A DNA stretch of 64,000 nt from Ramazzottius varieornatus (GCA_001949185.1 BDGG01000008.1:558001-622000), one strand, 5' to 3'; positions 49,619-62,334 are shown, counted from the stretch's first letter. The notes: a model not told the origin generated them from the sequence alone. A program made the numbers and translations.

Positions 49619-50417
49619 ACTAGCGGGTGAACTAGCCTCTCCCTCTCCTAACCCTAGGGTTACTTTGGCCATTTTGGGCGTTCTAGCTACAAAAGGTCAT
49701 ACTGGTAAACAAAGGTGCACACCATCGATTTATCTTTTATGCATGTTCAACTTCCGGTGGACAATGGGCAGTAGATTCTTGATTTCATCCTACACTCTTT
49801 TGGTATTTACCTTTCGAGCCTTATGTGTGATCGTCGTACGCGAAGTGGAGCCAAGAGTCTGCTAGTGGCGTATTGCAGTCTGCAGTCGTCTAACGTCGAC
49901 GGACAACTGGACTTGTGGAAAAGAGCACGACCATACAGGCTTGCGATGGCATCCACGGAATGGCCGTCTACGACTTGCACTATCAGCTGCGTACCATAAA
50001 GTGTAATGATTAATGCTCTATATTATCATACCTGTTACAGACACTTGAATGTCCACATGTATGGTCGAGGGTATCGACGTCTGTTTGACTGTTTGAAGAA
50101 CGCAGCCTTGAAGCTCGGCCGAGACTTCACGCTGTCATTATCAGTCTCAGTATACGGACTGCAGGTTAACTGGCCTTATACGCTTGGTCATGACTTATAT
50201 TCCTATCGAAATAAGAACATTCTTCACTGATTGACAGAGCCAACTTCTGGAAGGCCGATCCAGAAACCACCACTTCGAAGGACGTAATTGCACTCTTGCC
50301 GATTGTCTTCCGGCTGTGACACGCCCTTCGGAGCTGATGGACCAAACAGCATCGTGAAGTTCCACTTCGTGATTCGTACAGGCTCTTCGAACACCGTTGA
50401 GCTGTAGAACATAGAAA

Positions 50418-53217
50418 ATGGATCTTCCCATACCGAGGTCCAAGTACCGCGATGGAATGCCGGAGAAGCCAAAGTACAAAGATTTCGACTCGGTGGTGGA
50501 AGTTATCGGTAATCACTAATTAGACTAATCGACTTCCTTGCTCTAACGTACGATTGTTCTTTATGGAGTGAACATGACCGACGTTAACACGATTTGTGTT
50601 TACGTCCTCAGGTGGTTTCGGCAAATTTCAGAAACTTACTATATTCCTTATCATTCTTCCGGCGTTACTGCCCGTTGGATTCTTCCACTTCAACGTGGTC
50701 TTCATGTCCGCAACGCCCGATACATACGGATGCACCTTACCTACGTATTCCAACTTGACCATGGAGGACCTGCGGCCTCTTCTGCCGAAGGAAAGGAGAG
50801 GAGGGAAGAACAGTCCGTTGGTTCCGAGCCGCTGTGCGATGTATGATTTGAACTATACCGATCTCGACCTCGACAGTATTCGTTTGCGCGTTAACGAGTC
50901 TGGTTCATATCCCATCGACACGGTGTCTTGTGACCGGACAGTGGGTTATACATATTCCACTGCCGTGTACGAAAGCACGACGGTGACGGACTGGGATCTG
51001 GTGTGTGGCAACTGGGACGTCATAAATTCCCTCCAGTTCTCCGCTTCTACTATAGGAGGTGAAGTATGCAGACCAACCTCTCCTACCCGACTTAAATCAA
51101 AGCTTCGCTGAAATTTTTATTAGCAGTTGTGGCCACGGTACTACACTTCGTGTTTGGCATGTAACTAATCAAAATTTGAGTTGGAAAACAGACGTTGGTC
51201 TGCATTGTGTACGCACAAAGGAAATTAACAAAGTTAAGTAGACTAAACAACAGAAGATCGATAAGGAGGGACATGTGTTTGGTTCTTAGGTTTATGGGGT
51301 GCCTTTCTCTTCGCCTTCATCGCGGACCGATGTGGACGAAAGCCTTCATTCTATTCGATGCTTGGAGTGCAAGTGGTAAGTTTCGTCATAATTTTTCGGC
51401 ATCATCCCAAATATTTATGTTAATGTGTCCCTTACATAATTGCTCCGACCCGCTTTATCCAAGCCTGATCAGTTTTCAGTGCAATTGACGATTGTTGATT
51501 GTTACAGATATTCGGTGCGGCTGCCGCGTTCGTGCCATCTTCGCCCAGTGGAATAGTACTCTACTTGCTGTCCAGAGTCTGTGTCGGAATGTGCACATCG
51601 TTCATCTACACAATGGGTCTGATGCTCGCTGTGGAGATTACAGGCGTGAAGACCAGAGGTATGTTTGATGGTCCTTTGCAAGTTGAATCTCGAGTCAAGT
51701 CCGTAGCATAACTTGTTGTCCTCTGTTTGCTTTAAGCAGCCTTGATGTCGGTTTTATGTTCCATTGGCTATTCGGCCAGTGTCTTTGTCTTGCTCGGCAT
51801 TGCCTACTTCGTCCGCTCATGGCGAGGTTTGGCTCTTGCCTCGTCTCTCCCACTGGTCGCGCTCTTCGCGCTGTGGAAATGGTTCCCGGAAAGCCCCAGG
51901 TACAGGTTTCTCGAGATTATTTTGTCCGCGGACATTTCAGAAAGTTAGACGATAATCTGGACGAATTCTCGCGTACCTGCATACAATTGATCGATCATTT
52001 CCATTGGGTCGTTGTATTCAGGTTCATGACACGGGTCGATTCGCTGTTACAGAGCGTGCTGTCGTTTGTGTCGATCTTGTATCTTCGTTCGGTATTTATT
52101 GCACCGTTTATTTAGGTGGTATTTGGCTCAAAAGCGGTACGACGACCTGGAACAATACGTGCGGAAGGTCGCCAGAGTTAATGGTGTCAAGCTCGATCCT
52201 GACTTTGACGTGAACTTGCCGGATATCCTTCGTGGTATCGACACGACAGAGTACAAAGAGAAAGGGACGCTGCTGGATCTGTTCCGCACCCCCAACCTGA
52301 GAAAGAAAACGCTACTTTTAGCGTTTATAAACTTTTGCAATAATGGTATCTTCACCGGTCTGAACCTGTACGCGCCTGCTTTCGGAGCGGATCCTCACTG
52401 GAACGCCTTTCTGGCTAATGTGGTCGAACTTCCGCCCTACATTTTCGCCCAGTGGTAAGTCGAACAGGGAATGCATTCTCATTGTTTCGATAATCGTTTC
52501 CTTGCAGGGCTTGTGATCGTTGTGGAAGACGTTTGTCGTTGTTTTACCCGATGCTCCTCTGTGCCGCATTTTGCCTCGCGACGGCAGGAGTAGCGGAAAC
52601 TGCGGCTACCGCCATTTTGGTTCTTTCGCTGGCGGCAAAGTTCTGCATCACGTTCACCTTCCTTGTGGGAGAGCTATACGAAGAGGTACTGTATAATCTT
52701 TTATATGGAATATTCGCTTTTGTCAAGATGGATTTTCCTGCAGGAAATTTTCCCGACGGTTGTGAGAGGTCAAGGACATTCTTTCACCAGCGTGGTTTCT
52801 CAGCTAGCGGTAAGGTTATTAGCTTTGAGGCTTGACGCGAAAATTTCGGCAAGTTGATAAGTTCCTGACTTTCTTTGACAGGGCATTGGTGTACCGTTTG
52901 TGGTCCACCTGGGCAACAACTACGTGACAATGCCGCTTTTTATTTTCGGAGTCCTGTGTGCGGTGGGCGCGGTGTCAGCACTGTTCCTACCCGAAACGGT
53001 AAGCAATAACTGTTGGCCAGTGAAAGATGAAGGACCATGTAACGTTGTGTTTCAACAGGTTTACAAGGAACTTCCCCAGACCCTACAAGACGGGGAAACA
53101 TTCGGTGAGCACATGCCATGGAAGGCAATTTTCACCCTTCTACCCGGAGCAAAACCAAAGCATGGGAAACGGGCAGTTGCTGTGATCGATGATCTTTCTG
53201 CTGTTCATAAACTTTAG
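50418..53217 (+). CDS. SLC22/organic cation transporter-like MFS protein (paralog 1)
   Basis: DFDSVVEVIG|GFGKFQ, TTVTDWDLVC, ADRCGRK, WFPESPR|W, LDLFRTPNLRKKT, VELP, EIFPTVVRGQG, LFLPET; multi-exon. Confidence 0.92.
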
Positions 53218-53658
53218 CTGCTGCTTCCTTCCGACGTCCCAAAGTCTCTTTACGCAAACTGCAACTTTCTGTGATACTGACGAACTTCCCTTACAGTTCC
53301 ATAAGCCTTTCTGCATATTTTATCCGTGTCGAGAGTTTTTCAGAAATGTTCCCCTTTCCCCTGGTTTTGGAATGGGTCTTCAGTTTCTAATAAAGTTCTA
53401 GTGAATTTCGCACCAAGAGACTCGTTCGGCGTGCCGGTGATTGTTGAAACGTGGAAAATCATGGCGGAACCTTGGCAACCTGGGGGCGGTTCACCGTGAT
53501 AAAGCGCGCGGCGAATTGCCTACTGAAAAACTGCAGATCCCTGGACCAAGACGAGATCGCGTACTGACTTTTATATTTGCCGTAAATGACTAATCTATGT
53601 TGTTACTTATTATTGACAGAAAACCCCAATGATTCTCCACGGATCGCTATCGTGAATT

Positions 53659-55484
53659 ATGGATAACAGATGTAAGCCTCTTTATTCTTCACGGCTGGTT
53701 TGCATGAAAATATTCGCCCTCATCATTCGCCCTGTGCATGTGCCACATGCGATGCAGCCTGTTTTGGCGTTATTGGAAGTAAAAACTGTCACGCTCATCC
53801 TTGGTTGTTTTTTTGTAGCTGGAGGAAGAAGACGCAAACGCACTACTCCTCTGGCAACACGTAGACCGGAAACTCGTTCTCGCGGCCGCGGTAGAAATAG
53901 ATCTGTAAGATTGACTTCAAGAGCCTGTTTTCTCAGAGTACTGTACGCGAGTACTGTAAATTAATTATCCAATGCGAGTTTCAAATTACGTTGTATTTAG
54001 ATTGTAATTTAGCAGGCCGCACTGTATAAAGTAAGGATGCGATATTTCCGTAGGCTGCGCAAGCTCGAAGCTGTGTCCGAAGCCGTCCTCCTCTTTTTGA
54101 TATTGCGGATATTTCAGTGGAAGACGACCTGCCGCCACCTGTATCTCGGACATCACGCTCGAGAAGTCCCTGCAGTCACGGAGGCAGGCGAAGTGTAACT
54201 AGAAGCAGAAGTCGAAGTCCCAGGAGAAGTCTCCGAAGAAGTCCTAGAAGGAGCCCTAGGAGAAGATCAGTCGCGCAGGATTCCGGCTCTTATTGTTGCT
54301 GCGGAAGCTGTCATTGTGCCAGCCCAAACAAAAGAAGTATCCCCGCCCGAATCGAACCAGTAAGGTTAACAGAATATGTTAGCAGTGTTTGACAGTATCG
54401 TATGTTCGACAGTACGTGTTCGACAGTATCTTGATTAATAATATTATTTAACGTTGTTCTGTTATTCTGTAGAGGGAGGAGAGCGGCAGGTCTCGAAGTC
54501 GGAGCCGAAGTCGGAGCCAGTGCCGGAGAGATCATCTCCATCCCGTCATCACCGCGAACGGGGATGTTGAGATTCGTGCCCCCACTGGCATCAACGACGA
54601 GGAAGACGGAGTGGTGCTCATTCATAAAACCACAAACGGATCGGTGATAGTCCGAGGTCTGAAAGAGGGCTGTGGGGACGCCACCATCGGCGGCAAACCT
54701 ATCCCGGCGAATCAGGTAGCCAAAGGCGTCGAGTTCCACTTCCAGAATGCGAGTGCGTCAAGGTCCTACTGTACAGTGCGGGATCAGGGCACGGATCCCC
54801 TCGAAGACACGGTGTGCGGTGTGACCAAAATCACTCCACAAAAATCCTTGGATCTCCTGGGTGGCGTGGAAGTTCGCTTCGACCACCATACCTTTCCTCT
54901 AAGTCCGAGACACCATATAACTGAGTCGAACGGGACTGACTCTTATGACAGTGAACTGCGGCAGTGTGGAGCGCCGCAGCCTTCTGCGCGAAATACCTTT
55001 CCTCAGCCCAGTGAACCCTCGTGTAAGCCGACGAGGCAGCGGAGTACCAGCAGGAGCAGAAGTAGAGAGAGAAAGCGAAATAGACCACCAGACCCAGAAG
55101 TGAGCTCCGACAACATGTGCCATACTGTGGTGCCCAACATGTGCGCAGGTAATTGTGTTGTGTCGTATGGCTGTAGTGAAATTGATGTAGAATTATCGAT
55201 GGCGTTACCCGCTTTACTAACCATTCACCGGTGTTTCAGGTCCTCCACGGAATGTCTGTATTGAGAACTGCAGGTCGCCGTGGACGCCTTCCCTTTCCTG
55301 TAGTTGCCTTTGCCACGATCCAGACCGTGATGTGGCATGGGTATCTTGGCCAATTTTTGGGCCAAGAATAGCTGCGTGGATTCAGGATCACAGAAGGTGT
55401 ATCGTGAACCGAATGCGGGCCGAACAGGCTAGACGGTTACAAAACTTACAATGTCATGTAAGGGACCAGTGTAGTGGTTCGTAG
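53659..55484 (+). CDS. Orphan Arg/Ser-rich (RS, SPRR repeats) and Cys-rich protein, ~415 aa
   Basis: Exons 53659-53671, 53819-53890, 54118-54359, 54473-55148 and 55240-55484 are phase-consistent (1248 nt, no internal stop). Confidence 0.6.
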
Positions 55485-55826
55485 CGCTCCGCTGGTTCTG
55501 CTCTTAGGGTTTCTGTTGTTTCGCGGTCTTAATCCATTGTCTGTGATCTTTCTTCTTAACTTTTTGAACATTTTTTTATCGTCTCCTTATCGCTTTTGAA
55601 TTTTCCAACGGCATGTTTTCGTTCAGATAATGATATCAACGGTTGGAACGCCCGCAAACATCATTACTGATATCCGGCTTCCGATAGTGGAACTCGCACA
55701 AACGGACGGTAGACTGGGCTGCGGGCTACCAGCGGTGCACCACGCGCTGTAAGAAATGGGTCCCTCGTCGGCCCATCGATACCTATCGTCTCGTTGAAGG
55801 GAAAGTGTTAAATAATAGTTTGTAGC

Positions 55827-58047
55827 ATGACAAAGATCGAATCTTTCGATGATGTGCTGGAGACTGTTGGTTCTTGGGGAAAGTACCAAAAGCTCATAGT
55901 GTTCCTCATTCTACAACCGGCACTCTTTCCTTGCGCTTTCAACTCTTACAATGCGGTCTTTATGGCGGCCACACCTTCGGATTATTGGTGTCGTTTACCT
56001 CTGGCGGAAAGTGCGCAACTGAACGAGAGTTTTATCAAAAGATACCTTTTACCACAAGAACTACGAGAAGGACGACTACAACACAGCCAGTGTAAGGCAT
56101 ATCCTGAACTTTACCACAACGAGACAACCTTCCAGCCGGAAAACAGTTCGCTTCCGGTTGACTGCGCAGAGGGATGGAAGTACGACCAGTCCGTTTACAA
56201 AGACACAGTAGTGGTGACTTTCGACTTGGTTTGCGACCGTTCCTTATTATCAGCTGCGTCTTTCGCGATAGCAGCGGTTGGCGGTATTGTCGGAACTATG
56301 TTCTGGGGAATTTTGGCGGATAGATATGGACGGAAAATCTGCTATTTTTCCATCCTGATGTTTCAGACGATATTCTCTCTCGCCACGGGGTTCGCTCCAA
56401 ACTACTGGTGGTACTGCGCTTGCCGCTTTTTTGTAGGCTCGACCACCGCTTTCATATATTCCTTAAGCTATCTCTTGAGTGTGGAACTTACGGGACCGGA
56501 CACACGTTCACTTCTGTCCGTGATCTGTTCTGCAGGATATACTCTCAGTGTCTGCGTCATTGTTGGCATTGCTAGCGCAGCGAGGTCGTGGCAACTCCTC
56601 AGCTTCGTTTCGGCTTTATCTTTACTACCTCTGTTTTTACTATGGCCTTTCTTTCCGGAATCTCCACGGTACAGTTATCTTATCTTATTCATAGTCTACA
56701 TCGTATGGTAACAACAGATTGCGTTTCCCACAAGGTGGCTGCTTCTGAATGGACGGTACCGGGAGCTCCAAGACTATCTGCGAAAAGCCGCGCGGATAAA
56801 TGGAAAGGTGTTGTCCGAAGACTTCACCCGGAATCTGCCTCGTACACTGAGGAACCTGAACTCTTCATCCGCCGACGACGCCACCGAAAAACACTCCACG
56901 TGGGATTTGTTTCATACACCGCACATGAGGAAAAAGACTTTAACTTTGATATTCGTAAATTTCTGTATGACGTGTGCCGGTTCAAATACATCTTTCCAGA
57001 TAGTTCGCCGTCACGAAAATCCGATCTGCTTCTAATTGATGCTGGATGGTTTCAGGTAACCACGGAGTATTCACGGGAATAAACTTGTAAGTTTAAAAGT
57101 CCTCAGTTTTGTATATACATTCATGCCGAATTTTCTTCTGTGTGAGCAGGTACGCGCCCGGCTTTGGAGATAATCCTCATCTAAATTCGCTCTTCAGCGG
57201 ACTGGTGGAGTTCCCACCCTACATCTTCGCGACTTTCATTTGCGATAAGTATGGTCGAAGGGCTTCCATTTCCGCAGGGTTACTATTAGCCGCAGCATCC
57301 GCCCTCACAGCAGTGGGCGTGCCGGAAACAGCAGCCACGAGCTTGCTACTCCTCACTCTGGCGACCAAGTTCTTCATCACCTTCACGTTCATGCTCGGAG
57401 AACTGCTGGAAGAGGGTTCGTTACGATGTTTCACAACCGTACGAAGCAACTGCTGTTATCCTTTAAATTGTTAGAAATCTTTCCCACCGTGGTTCGTGCG
57501 GAAGGAGCCTCGTTGACCATTATCATGGCCAGTTTTGCCGGCGCTGCTTCGCCTTTTGTGGTAGGTCCATACAAGATTATAATATCGACAAATTTCGAGT
57601 ATTCTCAGCCCTCTTATCATGAACAGGTGTATCTTAGACAAGACCTCGTGGTACTACCCTTGGCGATATTCGGCGTACTATGTTTCGCTGCAGCAATAGC
57701 TTCCCTGTTCTTGCCTGAAACTTTGGGCATTGAACTCCCACAAGTAAAGCACCTCCGGCTACCCTTAAAATTGGTCTAAAAATTTTGCGGCGTTGTTGTT
57801 GTTGTTGTTGTTGTAGACTTTGGCAGATGGGGAGCGGATTGGAAAAAACATGACGTGGGGTGAGATATTCTCCTGGAGGTTACCAAAGAATTTACGTTCT
57901 AAAGCAGCCAGACAAGCACATTCCGGTACGTTTACGGAGAGCTGGAACAAAAATAGCGCCCTTCCTTTGGAATACCGATCGCGACCTACTGATCTCGACC
58001 AGACGGAACCAGGCCTGCTTTCGCCTATCCCAGAGGGATTTCCGTGA
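55827..58047 (+). CDS. SLC22/organic cation transporter-like MFS protein (paralog 2)
   Basis: SFDDVLETVGSWGKYQ, GWKYDQSVYKDTVVVTFDLVC, LADRYGRK, FFPESPR|W, DLFHTPHMRKKT, VEFP, DKYGRR, EIFPTVVRAEG, LFLPETLG. Confidence 0.93.
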
Positions 58048-58421
58048 TTCTGTATTTGAGAGCCAAAAACAGTTTCGGATAACCTCAGTCGCCTCAGTAC
58101 ATCGGAGCCGCAAACTCCGGAAAACTATCACATTACGAACTCTGTAGCTAAATCGAAAACGGTCTACTCGACACTTAATGCTTTCCGAGTGAAATTTCAG
58201 ACCATCGTACGCCTAAGATCAAGTTAAAACCCAGAAACCGTTAAAGGAAAGTCTTGACCTGTAAAATGCAGCTAAAGAACTCGGAAACCATTTGGGTTCT
58301 CACATGCCGTAAGAATGAACGAAAAGACTATCCTTACCATGCGGTCTTACAGAACATCTAATCCCAAAACTTCACGCAAAACCCTGAAGAACTTCAAACA
58401 ACAAATAGCGACGCCGTTAAA

Positions 58422-59716
58422 TCACCTGGAAGAAGTTTCCAGCCTTCCGGCCTTGGAGTCCTGACCAGTCTGACCGCGAGCTGCTTCTTCCTTCTCCCCA
58501 ATCAGTCTGGGCAGCCAAACTTCCATTATGAACTTGTCGGGGTCGGGGCAAGGTGCCGGTAGCTTGACTTCGGTTTCCCCCTCCATTCGTTTCTGCTCCA
58601 CCAGAAAGTTGAAGTACGCCCAGGAAGGAGCCTTTTTTCGGACAGGCGTCTTGCAGTCGACCTCCGTGCGGAAGCTCATCCTCATCTAAAACAGAATGTC
58701 GGTTGAATCCGCTCCAAGTTGGTAGAATATTGAAACGTGCAGGCAAATGAATTGAGCTAGATCTTTATCACAAGTTACGCACTCTTTCAATAATATCACT
58801 AGCTGGATGGGTGCGCCACTTGGTAAAGCGATCTGGTCCAAAGCATTTACACAAGCCTCAGATATTCGGTCTGCTGTCGCGTGGAGGACGAATGTAGTCT
58901 GCGGTCTTCTTGATCGACTTCACGGAAAGAACTCGCGATCTTTTTTCCACTTCAGGCTTGATGGGCATCCGCAGGCAAGGTCGCCGCCGATGTAGAAGTT
59001 CGGCACGAAGGAAAGTGGTGTACGAGCCTCTTCTTCCCTGAGTTTCTGCCCTTCGGCTACGACCACCTGGCACAATGGGTCCATGATGTCGTCTCCCATG
59101 AAAAAGTCTGAAACAATAGTAGTGAAATTGATATATCGACGAACGGATGCAAAGAATAGTAAGTTGGTCGTACCTTTGGTGGTAAGTTGTAACATTCCGT
59201 TTGAACCATGCAATCGAAGATCTTTTCCTTACGGTAGATGTTGAGAGCCTCAAGCTTCTCCTGGTAGTGGGCCAGGTGCTTTTCCTAGGTCCAGTTAGCT
59301 TCATCTCCCAGGACAACCCCAACGTGACGAGGAAAAAGTCGCTCATACTGTACTTGGGAAGTTAACGCGGTAACTGGCTTTTTGCAGCAGACACGGTGGT
59401 GATCAGCTTCCTGAAGGGAAAAGAGACGATTGTAGTTGCACTGAGGCAGTTTCTTGCCATAACCAGGAGCCTACTCAAGAAGAAACTGTTACAGAAAATA
59501 TAAACACTGGGCTGTGAGCTGTCAAGCAGTAAAACAGATGCTTACCCGTGTGCACTGGTTGATATGGTCCTCCTTTCGGGTGCCGAAATGATGAGCTGGG
59601 TTGAAAAGACGCTGTAAAACCGAAGACTATTTTGATAAGGGAAGTTACTCCAAACTTACCGCGTCCACATGTAAGTTAATGTGAGGTGATTCTAGATTCT
59701 GTTGTTCATTACTGAC
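58422..59716 (-). pseudogene. Spliced gene remnant with two in-frame nonsense codons (probably extends to ~60190)
   Basis: Exons 59716-59660, 59611-59546, 59410-59233, 59107-58851 and 58685-58422 join in one consistent frame, interrupted by TAG at 59285-59287 and TGA at 58920-58922. Confidence 0.5.
58772..58821. mobile_element. Foldback element core in a pseudogene intron
   Basis: aagttacgcac-N28-gtgcgccactt. Confidence 0.6.
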
Positions 59717-62334
59717 CTGAATTGAGTCACATTCTTTTCAGCTGGAGTTGTCCATAACGCCAACCTGGGAGAGCCAAAAGATAACCAGAAGTGGCCATAA
59801 CGCTTCCCACAAAGCCTACATTAGCGTGCGCGTCGAACTGTTGAAGAAAGTCTTGTTGACGAGTGCCTTGCCGTTCATTGCGTACTGCGAAGAGCCGTTC
59901 GTGGCCACGGATTCTTTGACTTCTTTCTTCGGACCAGCAGCTTCCTTCTTTGAACTCGCGATCACCGTCTTCGGACCAGTTTCGTCTTGCTTCGGCACTG
60001 TCGCTTTACCTCCGCGGGATTGTCGCGAATGATCTTCCGGATACAAAATGCCTGCTCACCGTCTGCGGTTTCCGGACGGAGCTTCCTGATACCCACTACA
60101 CTATTTCCGGATGCCCTCTCCAGAAGAGGCCTAGCAGTGTTCCCCGCCTCGTGCATGTTTCCAGCGAGTTCTGAATCAGAAGACAGCACAAGTTACGAAA
60201 GTCAAGCCATCGAGCAAGGAGTCCAACAAAGAGGGACTGAGTGGAGTCTGGACTTTGGTCAGCTTGTTTGCCGAAAGAAAATGGAAGACAAAGCAAGCTT
60301 TACATTTCTGGCCCGGGTGGACGGGTGTGCGAGCCTGCGGGGGTGCCAATCACGGATCGGCTAGGGCCGGAAATGGTGGAAAAACGACCACCCTAAATGG
60401 CTCTGATAAACAAGACGTGGAAATTTCCATCCTGGAAGAACAGGGTGGGAACGGCGGGATGGAAACGCTGGGGACAAGTGATCGGTTAGATTACCGGTTT
60501 TCCGTGACATCAGACCCGAAAATCACATGTTCTAAAACTTCCTGGTGTCTGTTTCAAGGGTTCCCAGTTGACCACCTCATTTGTACCCTGGAGAGTAGCA
60601 TTCCCTCGCATCTCGGTCACACACCGTCAGCCAGTGCTATCCTGCAATGCCACGAAGAGTACTCTGTGACGTCAGTATATCGAAACTGATAAAAGACATC
60701 AGTTCGACGGTCCCAGTTACTGGAATTACCCAGGGCGGTGTGTTAGTGTACCGCCCTAGTTTCAGAAACAGGGAATCCTTTTCAAATTTTCAGTGCTTCG
60801 ATTACGCAAGGACAGACGCAGTAATTCGGTAGTTTTTTTTCTGTTCAGAAGCAAATATCAGACCAGGTTAATTGAAGGACGATACGCACCACTGCGGACA
60901 GGTAGCTCTACGTATCACCGATTCCTGACTCGACACCTATATTTTCAGGTCTTAATATAAAACCCTCGCTTGCATGAAACCGCGCGAACCGTCAGGCCAG
61001 ATTCAGACTGATGACTGTCCATAAGTGTGGCCCGTCCTCGCTTTCTTGAGAAACTGAAACAAGCTGCTCAAATCAAATCGTTCTGTGACAATGCCATGGG
61101 GTCGACAAATTCGACAAATACGTTTTATGCTAGTGACATGAATAAACTACAGGACTGCGCAAACACTGCGACTCTGGTTTTAGTAACTAAAACGGAGATG
61201 CAGAGTATTCCAAATGGTACTTAAAAGTGACGAAATTTCAAAAGCTATGGACGGCGGTAGCAAAATCGAGTTTTCTGTTAAATGAAACGACAGCGCTACC
61301 GCTGGGCCCATCATATGCGGAGTTTTGCCGAAACCGCGACTCTCGTTTGCTAGTTGCATCAGAATTCCCGACTCCACACTAGCGCGACGTCGCGTCTAAC
61401 AGTTCACAAAATCGACATTAGCATAAAACCGTCTTACCGTGGTACAACGTCTTGGCTGGAAATTTGTGATCAATATTCCGGTTTGGATAGTCTACGAAAG
61501 CACCGAACAAAGTTATCATTGACCTTGTTTTCAAGGCGCAAATATTTCGGAAAAAGTCCGGTGTGCTTCCTCTGTTTTTCGCTGGCGAGAAATTTGTGGT
61601 GTGGCTTCGAAGACGCGTTTGAAATGCGAGTTGTACTGGATGGTCAAATAGTTCACTATACAACCAGTAAGGACTCAGCACTGGCTGACTGTGTGAAGCA
61701 CTGAGTATTTGATTCGTATTTTATCAAGAGTGCTTGAGAAAACCGCTTTGATGACCGCCGGAGCGGCGACCCATGAAAGGTTTCTGATTTGTTCGCGGAG
61801 AAGAAATTACGGACACACTTTGAGTTACCTATCAAATGTCTACAGTGATACACCGCCCATCTTGAAAAGTTTGATTCCATCAGAATTATAGAAGGCTCGA
61901 CGAAAGTAGAATATGCCGCTGTATCGAGATGTAAGATGTATCGAGTTATGGCACAGAAATCAGTGCACTTCAATACAATTTCCTACAATTGGGTTGCTCT
62001 GCAAAATTCAATATGCGCTTCCTTGTTTTGCGTTCGCATACATGCATACTACGTCAAGATATCTTTTGTTTACCTGAACCCGAAGGCAGAAAGTTTTATC
62101 TGCAGCGACAACCCAAACAATAGCGCTGTTTGAAGTTTCCCTATAATTTTCCGACCGCTCCAAAAACGAAGACTAAGCAAGTAGAGAAAAGCGAATCAGG
62201 AATGCACTTGCTGAATTTGCTTCAGAAGGCAGCAAAGCTACTGCTGTGTACTTTTGTGTCATTAAATTACCCGCCTTAAGTGAAGGGCACTCACTCAATG
62301 AACCGTAGCGGAACGTTTGATATAAGCTATTTCG

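Noticed and set aside
1868-58821. Palindromic repeats read as a CRISPR or REP system
   Set aside because: Eukaryotic context; copies are dispersed rather than arrayed; no cas or transposase gene in the window.
58920-58922. In-frame TGA as selenocysteine
   Set aside because: An in-frame TAG occurs upstream in the same frame, and no SECIS was recognised.
60300-62300. Short ORFs (e.g. 61027-61224) as another gene
   Set aside because: No consistent exon chain could be built and no domain was recognised.
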